A DNA stretch of 41,048 nucleotides from Octopus bimaculoides (GCF_001194135.2 NC_068982.1:99324731-99365778), one strand, 5' to 3'. Numbered from the stretch's first letter, positions 11,406 through 23,477 are shown. Numbers and translations are program-made. The notes: generated from the letters alone by a model not told the origin.

Positions 11406-13451
11406 ATTTACTTATATGAATCTGCAGTCGCTTCCAGGCGTGCTTGTTGATGTTCGTATTTGTGCTATTGACTCAAAATATTCAAGATTTAATGTTATTA
11501 ACCTGGATTTTATCAAGTACCTGTTCGAGTGACTCAAATATTCGCATGAATACTAGTACAGCAAAGACACGCACACAGCTCTGGAGATCATATTTTTCTT
11601 ATTCGTAATATTCCCTGGTTACGTGTTTCTTGCTATATGTACCATCATAGATTTTATTTTCATCCACCATTAAATACCTGAACTAATACCGGAGAAAAAA
11701 GTCTAATACTGGAGAAAAACAGACAACCCCAAAACAGGCTATTGATAGAGTGGCAAGCAGCTTTTTGTCATTCTACATTCAGGAGGGAGCATTTATTTAG
11801 ACCAAACTCCATTCTTTGGAAATGATGTAACTATGGACACAAGGTACTGCTGGTCACCGATAAACAACTACAATTCATGCAGCTAGTTTATCGGCTCGAC
11901 CATCTACATATACTCTCGATTATGGGTATAAACCTAAATAGACAACAGCAATGTACAATGTTGTATACATACATGCTTGCATGCATACATACATACATAC
12001 ATACATACATTCAAAATATGAACTTTTGGTTCTGTGATTATTTCGATATATATATATATATATATATATATANNNNNNNNNNNNNNNNNNNNNNNNNNNN
12101 NNNNNNNNNNNNNNNNNNNNNNNNNNNNNNNTATATATATGTTTGGTGCATGCGCGCGCGCGCGTATTTATATATAAATTCGTTTTAGATGAAAAATACT
12201 ATGTACTCAGGTAGTTACCACTTATGCCTAAGGATCCAAACTAGTGTTAACACAATTATTATTTCACAACTTCTAGAGCGTTACTCTCTTTTGAGTGGTT
12301 CACTTCGTTAAACATGTTTGAACAATCTTTAAATTTCTCCAGTCTCTGGTTATCTTTAATCTCTGTCAAATTAAGCATGCAAGCTGTGTCCACCCAACTG
12401 TCTTGCAATTTTCTTCACTCTATTTTGGTTTCTTGCACGTCTCTCCTTCAGGTAGTTGCATCAAATACTATGTTTCTAAATGTATGAAAATTTTTATGCT
12501 TAACATTTTTATAAATTTCAAATTCCTTTTCCATTTAGTATTCTAACATTAAATATTTTAAAGAAACTTTTACTCGTTGCATCATCTCTTTCTAAAAATC
12601 GAAACTGCTTAATATTCTGTGAAATAGAAGTAGTTAAACAGGATTTGAAAACAGATCGATAATATTGAATGCAAATCCGCTCAGATTTGCATTATGTTGA
12701 AAACACAACTTATTGTTTACTCCCAAATGTAAATTTACAATTTTCTTCAAAATTTTTTGTAGTGTTTTTCTATTGATCTTCTCCATCAATAGGTTTTGTT
12801 TTCAGTTTAAAAAGGTATTTAAGGGATAGAGGGAGGTTTTGCTATCGAACGTTTTTATTACATTAGTTGGTTAACATATTTCTTTAGGGCACTAGTGAGG
12901 AAGTACAATATATTTTATTTTTTATTATATAATCTTCTGACACAATTTAATGAAAGGAAAATGAATAACAATGAAAGTTATAAAGCTGTACTTATTGAAA
13001 TAATATTTCTTTTTTATTCTTTTACTCATTTTCTGGTTTTAGTCATTGAACTACGACCAAGTTGTAGAAAGTATTCAGAAATCTTTTAATGGATTCCAGT
13101 GACCCCAGTACATATTTTGGTCTGGTATTCATTTTGCCGTTCGATATTTTCCTAATTGGCTGTTACCATTTTAACTCAAACTGCTCTTATTTTGATCGGC
13201 AACATTTCATTAAAAACAAGCACACGCGGACACAGACAAACGTGCACGCGCGCGCGCACCCAACACAAAAGAAAATAACAGGCCGCCGTCGCTTCAGTAG
13301 AAAGAATATCGTTAAGTATCAAAAAAGGTACGAACAACAGTGGCTATGTTGTAAGAATATGAAAAAATTATCTATAGTATCCTGTGTTCAGCATTAAATC
13401 CTCTCATAATTGTGGACTAAAGCAATTACCAAATCATAATATATATATTTG

Positions 13452-14715
13452 AGCACTTTGACTGGGTAGTGAAACAACAGCTAAACCAGTCGGCTGTAGA
13501 CGTGATATACCTAGATTTTGCCAAGGCCTTTGACAAGGTTGATTATTGCATGATAGGTCACAAGCTGGTATTACTGGGAAACTAGCTGCATGAATTTCTG
13601 AAGGGCAGAGTCAGACAGTTTTAGTCAATGGCGCTCACTCTGAAGAGACACTAATTCCCATCGGAGTCCCACAAGGGAACTATACTGGAGCCATTACTAT
13701 TTGTGGTAGCTCTCTCAGATACACCCTCCGCGGTACAGTCAGCTAATCTGACCAGTTATGCTGACGCACAGAAGTATTGCAGGCTGTTAGGAACTCAGAA
13801 GACATCATAAAACTGCAGAAAGACTTGAATGAAATATACAAATGGACTAACAAAAATAACATGCAGCTCAATGTTATGAAAGTTTAGGCACTACACTATC
13901 GGCCCAACACCAAGCTAAAATCGGAACACACTGGACCAGAAGGTAATATGATCCCAGAGTCAGAGTCGATGCATGACTTGGGGGGTTCACATGAGCAATG
14001 ATGCAACATTCCATTTGCATATTACCAAGATGGCAACGCTGTGCAGGCGAGTGGCTGGATGGATTCTAAGGACATTCAGAAGCAGGAAAAGGGAGGCCCT
14101 GCTACTCCTATGGAGGACATTCGTTCTCAGCTGCTTGGACTACTGCTCCCAATTATACCCCCCCCCCGGAGAGTGTGAAACAAACTGTGGAACTCGAAGC
14201 AATCCAGCGCCAATACACAAAGAAGATTGACTCGATGGGCTAGTGGAAGAGGCTACAAAAGCTGAGTCTATTCTCTGGAGAGAAGATGAGATATGCGGTG
14301 ATATATATTTGGAAGATCTTAGAAGGTTTAGCTCCCAATTTTGGAATTGACAGATATACCAATCCCTGAACTGGACGGCACTGTATCGTACCAAAGATCC
14401 TACCTTCCCCATCAAAATAAGGACACAATACTGCAATAGTCTGGGTTTCAAGGACCCGCAATTGTTCAACATCCTGCCAGGTAACCTTAGAGATGTACAT
14501 GGTGTTAATGTGGAAGTTTTCAAAGAACGACAGCCTTCTATCTGAGATACCAAATGAATCCACATCGCGGCAGGAGACACAAAGAAGAGCAGCTCTGTCC
14601 AACTCGCTACTTCACCAAAAACAATACTGGAAACAACACCAAGTAACTACAGGTGGTGCACCAGCATGACCTCAGCCCTGGGCTATAACCAGTAAAAGAT
14701 ATAAGATAAAAGATA
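13452..14715 (+). mobile_element. 5'-truncated CR1/L2-group LINE: RT domain to 3' tail
   Basis: VDVIYLDFAKAFDKVD, GVPQG, SYAD, LQKDLNEIYKW, DLGVHMS, LDYCSQ, LEAIQR, IYIWKIL. The 3' tail GGTGGTGCACCAGCATGACC...AAAAGATATAAGATAAAAGA. Many frameshifts. Confidence 0.9.
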
Positions 14716-14760
14716 CATACATACATGCATACATACATACATACATACATACATACATAC
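14714..14760. repeat. (CATA)n microsatellite
   Basis: Direct reading; lies between the CR1-like tail and the R4-like fragment. Confidence 0.95.
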
Positions 14761-15510
14761 GAGCGACATTGTACGAGTTGGTAATGAACTCCTCAAGTAA
14801 CACTCTCTTCCTGATGATCTATACAGCCTCAAAACAGCTGGGATCTCTTACCTCAGAGAAGACCTGGCTGGAAAGTACTCAGCATACAAAAAAAAAAAAA
14901 GAAAGACTATGCACGGGTATGTTGCCCGGAAGCTTGAAGAAGACATTAGAATTGACACAAAGTGCAGCCTCTCTTGGACACCAGACTACTATATCACATC
15001 ACACTTTGAAGGCTATGCGTTTGCAATCCAGGAACAGGAGAGACAGTGACGCTCTTGTAATCCCAAGGTGCAACCGCATGTGTAGGTTATGCCATGTTTC
15101 TGTGTAAGACATCACGCATGTGATTAGCAGCTATCCTAAAATGTCGTCAGGGTACTACCTCCCTATGCAGCACGATACTGTTGCTAAAACAATTCAAAAT
15201 CAAAGAAAAAGAGGATATCTATGGACAACTGCTTCGAAACCTCCAGCTTCTATATCCAGACTTTAAATTCTTATTCATACCAATAATAATTGGAGCACTA
15301 GGTTTTGTTAATAAAGGCTTAAAGGAGAATCTGGATAAACTGGGATTTCCGGAAAGAGAAATCGACCGGCTAATTCGTACATAATAAGTGCAATGTGCGA
15401 GTGGAATAGTAAAAAAATGCAAGACTTTTCTCAAGTTCCAAATGTAAATTTGTCTGTATTAACTACATCCCAAAGCCGGAGTCTTGCATCTTTGTTAGAA
15501 ACCGGCTCCC
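14761..15510 (+). mobile_element. R4/Dong-like (restriction-like endonuclease) non-LTR retrotransposon, 3' fragment, internally deleted
   Basis: KTMHGY...FEGYAFAIQEQE, CRLCHVSV*DITHVISS.PKMS..YYLPMQHDTVAK (CCHC knuckle + RHD region), YGQLLRNLQLLYPDFKFLFIPIIIGALG, CKTFLKFQM* (stop about 15447). Confidence 0.85.
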
Positions 15511-15547
15511 TCCTCAGTGAAGATTTATAATAATTAAAAGATAGAAG

Positions 15548-15660
15548 AGACGGCTGTATGGTAAGTAGCTTGCTTACCAACCACATGGTTCCGGGTTCAG
15601 TCCCACTGCGTGACACCTTGGGCAAGTGGATTTGGTAGACGGAAACTGAAAGATATATAT
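15548..15660 (+). mobile_element. SINE family B 5' part (internally deleted), running into an N gap
   Basis: GGCTGTATGGTAAGTAGCTTGCTTACCAACCACATGGTTCCGGGTTCAGTCCCACTGCG...GGATTTGGTAGACGGAAACTGAAAG. Confidence 0.9.
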
Positions 15661-16322
15661 ATATACACACACACACACACNNNNNNNNNNNNNNNNNNNN
15701 NNNNNNNNNNNNNNNNNNNNNNNNNNNNNNNNNNNNNNNNNNNNNNNNNNNNNNNNNNNNNNNNNNNNNNNNNNNNNNNNNNNNNNNNNNNNNNNNNNNN
15801 NNNNNNNNNNNNNNNNNNNNNNNNNNNNNNNNNNNNNNNNNNNNNNNNNNNNNNNNNNNNNNNNNNNNNNNNNNNNNNNNNNNNNNNNNNNNNNNNNNNN
15901 NNNNNNNNNNNNNNNNNNNNNNNNNNNNNNNNNNNNNNNNNNNNNNNNNNNNNNNNNNNNNNNNNNNNNNNNNNNNNNNNNNNNNNNNNNNNNNNNNNNN
16001 NNNNNNNNNNNNNNNNNNNNNNNNNNNNNNNNNNNNNNNNNNNNNNNNNNNNNNNNNNNNNNNNNNNNNNNNNNNNNNNNNNNNNNNNNNNNNNNNNNNN
16101 NNNNNNNNNNNNNNNNNNNNNNNNNNNNNNNNNNNNNNNNNNNNNNNNNNNNNNNNNNNNNNNNNNNNNNNNNNNNNNNNNNNNNNNNNNNNNNNNNNNN
16201 NNNNNNNNNNNNNNNNNNNNNNNNNNNNNNNNNNNNNNNNNNNNNNNNNNNNNNNNNNNNNNNNNNNNNNNNNNNNNNNNNNNNNNNNNNNNNNNNNNNN
16301 NNNNNNNNNNNNNNNNNNNNNN

Positions 16323-16381
<59 letters not shown>

Positions 16382-16404
16382 ACATATATGATGGATATAT
16401 GATG

Positions 16405-16448
16405 AGCCTCTGGTCAATTTTTCCGTCTACCAAATTCCACTCACGAAG
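16405..16448 (-). mobile_element. short SINE family B fragment
   Basis: Reverse complement reads GTGAGTGGAATTTGGTAGACGGAAA. Confidence 0.6.
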
Positions 16449-17482
16449 TATTATTAGTCATTCTGTATCTACAGCAGACGACACTCGCCTAACGTATCGT
16501 GTTTAGCAGTTTAGCAAGTTTGCAACTTTTGTGTGAATGTTTAACAAAAGGGATTGAAATATGTTCTCTGAGAAGGTATCCCTAGAATGAAAATGCACTA
16601 ATTAAGTAACCGACTATAATTTTGTACTTCAATGTAGTATATTCAGTTATCAGAGCAGTCTTTGACTGTGAAACCTGAGGTTGGAGATTGGAAGATACAA
16701 CCTGTAATCCTGATTGGTCTTACTATGCTGGAATGATGGCATGTTTAGTTGTAGTCAATCAGTTGAACATTTTATTTTGGATCGCTGAAGGGTTGCAGGA
16801 ACAGTAGAATAACAGTATAATTGTTTAAACATTGCCTAGTTTCATTCTTCTATATCCTGGGTCAAACTACTGAGATCTATTCATAAACAGAAAAGAAGGG
16901 CACAATCCTTTTTACCAAACTATTTTACTAGACAATCATATTTGTCCCCGTTGTATATCAAAGTTATTTGTATGTCAAACAATTAATGTAACATTATCAG
17001 GATACGCAGGAGATGGAAGAATAAAATAAGTAAAGTTTGTTTAAAATGGACAAAGTGATTTCGTGGAGAAAAGCTCAGACTTTCGAAGAGAAACGTAGTT
17101 CTGGCAACTGAGGAATATGATAGTAAAAGAAAAGTAAATAGAAATGTCATATCGATTACAGAACTTTCATGTCAGTGACTATGGCTTCTGATGGCTTAAT
17201 TTGTTCTCAAGTGAGAATGAAACGCAGCAGAAGAAATAATTATTCTTACAGAACTATAAATAATTATAAAGGGAATTTGTTTTCAGGCGACACGTTTTCT
17301 TAACATTTCGACAAACTGCAGAGTTTCAAGGGAGATAAACGAAAATATGTACCGCGGCTGATGAATTATATTCAGCTATATTAAATACAACAGTAATTAT
17401 ACAACCGTAATAATCTTAATATAAACTGAATATTGGTTTCTCAAACAGATACTACATGGGGTCTCAGTTTTTTATTAATATG

Positions 17483-17527
17483 CCAGTAGAGATACCCGGC
17501 GTTGCTCGGGATTAAAATGGCATAGTT

Positions 17528-17566
<39 letters not shown>

Positions 17567-18628
17567 CAGTCATGTTGAAACAGATGATACGGAAAAGTGC
17601 AGCATTGACGTCGAAAAATTTGTGGAGTAAATAATGGGCTAATTCGGCTAAGCGACATATCATGCGTTCGTTTGGAGTATTCTAGGTCCTAACTTGTCAT
17701 GGGAGATTGTAGGTTGGGGGTATGTGCATACCTTTGCTGATCTTGAGAAAATCTCATCTCGCTTCTGTGCTGCGACATGACTTTGCTGATCTGAAAGAAA
17801 GTCTCATCTCGCTTCTGCCTTGAGACTCCATTTGATGTGCTGCAGCAGGCGTTTGCTGATCTTGAGAAAGTCTCATCTCGCTTCTGTCTCGAGACTCCAT
17901 GTGATGAACTGCTGCATGCGTTTGCTGATGTTGGGAATGTCTCATCTGCCTTCGATATTGAGACTCCATCTGATGTACTGTAGCATGCCTTTGCTGATCT
18001 TGGAAAAAGTCTCGTCTCCCTTCTCTATCGAGACTCCATTAATTTAAGGGTAAATATGTAATTGTAAATACCTTGCAATCTTGCAACTGCTGCGATAATT
18101 ATGAACTGGTAATTGAACAGTAAATGTATATTTTTATATACTTTGGACCTGCCACATAATTGTTTTTTGTCAAGAGTTTCACCTCCATCCGTTCGTTATG
18201 TCAGTCAACACACATACACTGACACAACATTCCGCTGTCATGGGGGTAGAGAATGAAAGTTGCCGAGGCGTAATGTTGTTCACATTAGGATATAAATTAT
18301 TCATTTATTTATCACAGTAGAATTAAAAGTGAAACAATAAAAGACGAACAATATTATAGGTTTAAAATAAAAAGCGAAAGAATAAAAGTGAAACAATATT
18401 ATACGACATTAAAATATAGATCTTATTCTTTCACTTTTGACACGTAATACCGAACCAGCGCCAACATTATGTTGTTTTAATCAATGAAAAAAAAATTACA
18501 TGTTGACACCCACGGCATCTGATAATATTACCTTGTAAAATTTGATTTGATTTGGTTGAGCCGTCTGAGAATGCATAAGGAAGACAGACAGAAAAACAGA
18601 CAGAAAGACAGACAAAGAATTTTATATA
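17483..18628 (-). mobile_element. non-autonomous Helitron-like element
   Basis: On the minus strand the 5' end reads TATATAAAATTCTTTGTCTGTCT...ATGCATTCTCAGACGGCTCAACCAAATCAAATCAAATTT (typical Helitron-N 5' region). The 3' end has hairpin CCCGAGCAACGCCGGG, an 8-nt spacer and CTGG (CTRR). The 5' TC is not visible because a Tc1-like end abuts at TA. Confidence 0.7.
17733..18039 (-). repeat. 69-bp tandem repeat (about 4.5 units) encoding a 23-aa repeat
   Basis: TTTGCTGATC starts at 17733, 17782, 17852, 17921 and 17990 (spacing 49, 70, 69, 69). Minus-strand translation gives MESQYRRQMRHSQHQQTHAAVHH / MESRDRSEMRLSQDQQTPAAAHQ. Confidence 0.9.
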
Positions 18629-18925
18629 CAGGGTGTTCCAAAAGTCACTGATGGGTTTCAATTTTTATTAACTTCCTTAACTTTACAAATAAATCCATGA
18701 AATTTTGATACAATACAAAGGACATAATGGAAATTAATATTAATAAGTCAAATTTTGCAACACCACTACATCACATTTGAAAAATGACATCGCTTAAATG
18801 GTAGCCATTTTCGGCTTCGCACGCCTGTGCTCTTTCCAAAACTTGCACCATAACGCCCACTGCGAAATCGTTTAAACCATTTTCGAGCTGACCACTCACT
18901 GGTCATTTCCTCGTCAAAAGTTTCG
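18629..18925 (-). mobile_element. Tc1/mariner 3' end with TIR, joined to a mariner HTH fragment
   Basis: TA|CAGGGTGTTCCAAAAGTC TIR. The minus strand encodes VMVQVLERAQACEAENGYHLSDVIFQM* (C-terminus) directly after NETFDEEMTSEWSARKWFKRFRSG (N-terminal HTH). Confidence 0.7.
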
Positions 18926-19102
18926 TTGCGTTTTTTTATTACCTATAAAAGGCATACATAGATATTAACGTTTAACGTTTCTGAAGGACGGCACAAAATA
19001 CGTAGGGACATATAACAATAAAATAAAATTATGATAACATGAGTGAAAAAATGAAATGCTATATGAAAACGCACCACCTCAGCAGCATCATTTACTTCCT
19101 TT

Positions 19103-20391
19103 TTATATCCAGTTCATGTTTATACTCTGTCGTTCTTCTAACTCTCCGTTTTCTATTTCATTTGGTATTTCCTTTAAATCACAAACTCCTTTTTTATATC
19201 TTAAACCTTCTTTGTATTCCATCACCTCTCCCATGCGACCTTCCGGTACCAATGCGCATGCGACCGTATCTTCTTTTTTACTTCCTTTTATATTTACAGT
19301 CCTTATGTCCTTCCACTGTGATAATTTCTCTATCTACACCTTTACAGAAAACACAAACATAACACATGGAAGGGGAGCCTTGTGGTTTTTGTATGTTTGT
19401 ATCTCTTTCTTCCCCCCGTTTTTGTGTCGGTGGGGAATGGGTGGGTTTGGTGTCTGCAGTGGAGGCGGGGTTGAAAGGGTATGGGTGGGTTGGATACGGG
19501 TTGGGGTCCACTCTGATTGTCCTTCCTCCTCTTCCTCTGTTTTTTTCCTTCCACCTACTTTCCATCCTTGCTCGTCAGTTTCCTCCTTCTCTTCCATCTC
19601 CTTCTCCTTCTCGATCTTCTTCTGTGCATGGTGTTTTTATTTGAGGGCAGTCCGCTCTAATGTGGCCCTTTTGGCCACATTTGTAACAGTGAGGGGTTCT
19701 GCGTTCCACCCACACTTTCATTACAGTATCTCCTACTGACACCGTTTCTGCCAGTTTCTCCATATTTTCTACTGAAATTTGAATTAGCATATCCTGAACT
19801 TTGCCTCGCCAATTCCTTACTTCTGTTTCTGTGGTTTGGAGCACGGCCACTTCCTTCTCACTTCCAAGAAGTACTGCCGCCGCCGCCCAAGCAACGTCTA
19901 TTTCAGGAGGGATTCCCTCACCCTGGCCCTGGAAATTCTTCTTCCAAAGTATGTGGGTAGGAGGATTACCCTTTCCGTCATCATCGTATTTACCGAGTGC
20001 TCCTTTGCCTTTTCTTTCTCTTTGAAATGCACAACAACATTGATGTAACTGCTTCTTCTGGCAAGATATGATATATCTTGTCAGAGTGGCCTCAATGCCT
20101 TCTCTATTTCCTCCGTAGCCTCATTTTCAATTTTTCTCTCCTTGATTGAGTACACTTTATAAACTATTCTTCCTTCTTCCATGTTTTTCAGTAACTCATT
20201 CGGTGGTGATAATTTCACGTCACTACCTTCCTTCTCCAGCATTTTCCCAAAATTCTTCAGGTTTTCTAGGCTCACCTTCTTCTTAGAGACACCTGCTACT
20301 TCTGCAAACTTTTCACCTTTAAAATTTCTTCTATTTTGTTAATAGCCCTGACCAGTTCTTCCTCAGGCGATGACAATTCTGTCGTCGACAT
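19103..20391 (-). pseudogene. gag-like / L1-Tx1-type ORF1 with CCHC zinc knuckle, disrupted
   Basis: ATG at 20391 (MSTTELSSPEE), VSLENLKNFGKMLEKEG, LLPTYFGRRISRARV-GIPPEIDVAW, CYKCGQKGHIRADC (CX2CX4HX4C), then an acidic/Pro-rich tail ending at a stop near 19103. Several frameshifts and stops. Confidence 0.8.
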
Positions 20392-20529
20392 CTTCGTTTC
20401 ACTCAGGTCCGAATAAAATACATTTTCAAAGTCAGCCTTCTCTCATCAAAACGCTGAAGGACAGCACAATCATACAACTGCTGCAAAGCAGCACAAAACA
20501 ATACAACACCTTTCAATAAACAATAGCAA

Positions 20530-20842
20530 ACAATTACTGGAAGTCACAGTTGCCCGAAGCCAACGTTTCATTGTTATCACGAGAAGTTTCAACTGTTTTA
20601 CGTCCTTGTTTGAAGTCGAATAGCAAAATTGCTTGAATATCGCGCTTTGACAGTTCCATCTCAGATGATTGTAACAACGGTGAAAAACATATCAATGTTA
20701 ATTTATTTATGCATTTGGACAATTCTATGTCTGTATTATTAGACAATTTAAAAAAAAACTTTTAAAGAAAATTAAAAAATCTGCAAAAATCCGGTACAAA
20801 TTCTTCATAGCTTAAAACGTTACTACTTTTTACTGAACCTGA
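20530..20842 (-). mobile_element. mariner (DD34D-type) 5' fragment with TIR
   Basis: MELSKRDIQAILLFDFKQGRKTVETSRD (mariner N-terminal HTH); TA|TCAGGTTCAGTAAAAAGTAGTAACG TIR-like end. Confidence 0.75.
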
Positions 20843-21680
20843 TATAAAGCTTTATAATACTTATTTCGACAGAATGATAGTTTTTAACTGTTAATTTTTA
20901 ATGGTGAGGGTAATTCGACAGTAGTTTAATACTTTTATTTACTTTGTAGACTGCCGACCAGACATGAACGTAAAATACAGAGGGACGAAGCTTTCCGGTG
21001 TTCTACTGTCCTTTGATTATTTTTCTAATATTGGTACAATGCTGTGAATTTATTGCATGAGAGGTGTTATTGTCAACTGGATTAATCCGAGAACATAACT
21101 GGTGTTCATTTTATCGCCAATGGAAAAAATGGAAAGCAAAATCGATGTTGACGATTGATTGTTAAATTCAGAACGTAAAGGGACATAATCTAGCTTTGTA
21201 TATCTTGCACTTAAAACAACTTTTGTCATTCTGCAATCTTATAGATGATAAAATGTTAAAATAATGGTAAAAAAATATATAAAAAGATTGGTTATTATGT
21301 GTGCATGCACTATATATAATTTTAAAACAGACGAGTCAGCACCAACAATAATGTTAACAATTTCAACAGGAACACATTATGATACGCAGTATAACGAAAG
21401 AAATATAGCTAGGAACTGGAGGTAAGAATATCCGTGCTTGGAAATTTATTGTTTTCAACACGTCCAAAATAACTTACAATACGAAGTTTTATTTTTAGAA
21501 GTATCTTGATATGTGTAATAAAAGACTTTTAGTAAACATGCTTGTTCCATTGACTACAGAATCTCCATTTTGAAATTGGATTTCGTCAGACGGAATAACT
21601 TATGAATGTTGTATTTCTTTAAATGTCAGCCTATCATGTTTTTATATCTTTTATTGTTTGCCTAATAAACGGATGTCATT

Positions 21681-21881
21681 GCAAACCATTTTCTGCAAGT
21701 TCTTTCATTGAAACATTCTTTCCCATAAACTGTGTGTATGTTTCGAGTCGCTTCGGCTGCAGAGTTTCCTTTTTTTGTACTCATAAAGCATTATGTGCCT
21801 TAAATGCTCTTTGGATACTTCCATGTTAGAAAGGGTTTTAATCAAAGAAATTTTAATTCTATTATTCTGTAAAATAATAAT
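21681..21881 (-). mobile_element. 200-bp TIR-less mariner 5' fragment flanked by a 16-bp direct repeat
   Basis: MEVSKEHLRHIMLYEYKK...RTCRKWFA; closely similar to 24250-24430. ATAAACGGATGTCATT occurs at 21665-21680 and 21882-21897. Confidence 0.85.
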
Positions 21882-22059
21882 ATAAACGGATGTCATTTTT
21901 GGATCCTGTGTGCAAAAAAAGGAAACAAAAAACAAAAACAAAACAAAACAAAAAAAAAACAGTTTTGACAACAGAGAAAGAAAATATTTGTTGGCCTGTG
22001 TTATTTGCACTGCTATATTATGAAATATTTCTGAAATGAAAATTGAAATATGAGCTAAC

Positions 22060-22400
22060 GTAGGAGCTTCTACGTGCTAGGAACAGCACCTAAATCACCC
22101 TGAAATCAGATTTTACAGTCTTAAATAAGGACACATCAGATGATGTAGTCGTATACAATCCTTTAAAATGACGGATAAACACAGCTTGAACGTTTCTCAT
22201 TATTGATCTGGGAATAACTGAAAAAAGCATATGTTTGATAAGTCTATTTGTTTAAAATCGAACAAACTGCAGTGGTTGTTTAGCTCCAGACTAACTTTGA
22301 TCAAGATCTATGAACAAAGCCATTCCTTACATAACCATCTTGTCATATCATCAGAGTTGTGTATCCAGTACATTAGCGAATGCATCCTTCCTAGGATATA
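22060..22400. mobile_element. two old SINE/LINE 3'-tail-like remnants, apparently tail-to-tail
   Basis: Recalled similarity only: CTACGTGCTAG..CTAAATCACCCTGAAATCA..GGACACAT on + and GTTGTTTAGCTCCAG..GATCAAGATCTATGAACAAAGCCATTCC on -. Strongly degraded. Confidence 0.3.
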
Positions 22401-22554
22401 GTTGATTAAATCGATTCCGAGACCAGCGACCAGGCTTAGAGGTCAGCTTGATAGCTCGGATAAGCTGAAGTTTTAAGCAAATGCATAAACGTACCATCAT
22501 ATTTTAGTTTCGTATAAAATATTAGAATTTCATTCATCCCCTAATAAATCTTAG

Positions 22555-22555
<1 letters not shown>

Positions 22556-22607
<52 letters not shown>

Positions 22608-22612
22608 AATAT
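22556..22612. repeat. (TA)n microsatellite
   Basis: Direct reading. Confidence 0.95.
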
Positions 22613-23477
22613 ATTAATGGATTGGCTGACTGGGTTATTAAAGCAACTGGTAATGTGAACTTGAAAAGGACTATATACATCAACCAAAATTCGATTTTCG
22701 ATGAGAAAATAACAAGATGGTGACCAAAGAAGTTAAAGGAAGACAGATATCTTTTTCTTTTTTACCTAAAAAATAATTTACATCTTACTGGGTGAAGGAT
22801 TTTTTTTATTGCTCCCAAGAGGAGTTGGTTATGTAACTAAATATTGCTAAAAAGGATTTTAAAATTTCCAGGCATAAACATATTTCAACAGAAAACTTTT
22901 ATTTTATTTTTATGTAATCATTGAAAATAAAACTGTACCTTTCTTTTTCTCTTATGATGGGCGTAATAAAAGTAAATATATTCTATATATTTGAAGGCAA
23001 AATATCAAGTAGGTAAAATGAATAGAACGAATTCTAACTAATATATCTAATCCCAATGATATATTAGTAGTTATGTATTTATGTATGTATGTATGTATGT
23101 ATGTATGTATGTATAATTCATTTCAACGTTTTTTATGGAAATCAAGAATTTCTTTGTTTTTCTTCATTAAAATTATTTTTTATCACGTTCGCATAGGATA
23201 AGAATATATTCGAAATGACCATGTTTTTATTACATATTGAACTTATATGTGTCGCTTTACGACCGATGTTTTTCGAACACGTTCTTAGATTAATTGCATT
23301 CCAAAGTTAAATAGTTTCTGTGGTCTGAATATCTGAGCACATAGTGATCGATATTTCCTTGAGAATGAGATTTGTAGTAATTTACTGAATATTCAAAGGT
23401 CTTAATTCCTTATGTTATTATTGCTGTTAACCCTTTTTTATCTTGCTGTCATGGACCTTCTTTCTTTCACCCTTCTC

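Noticed and set aside
12240-12800. Possible transposase remnant on the minus strand (FNIIDLFSNPV; 55-aa open stretch)
   Set aside because: Only one weak motif; cannot be supported without a search.
15431-16506. Long ORFs (267-328 aa) and similar ones at 28818-29270 and 30479-31212
   Set aside because: They consist of N-gap X residues plus microsatellite translation; not real coding sequence.
17733-18039. Regularly spaced repeat as a possible CRISPR array
   Set aside because: Eukaryotic context, no unique spacers (whole units are homologous) and a period that is a multiple of 3; it is a coding-type minisatellite.
19039-19739. Hydrophobic + strand ORFs (107 and 227 aa)
   Set aside because: Antisense shadows of the purine-rich minus-strand ORF1.
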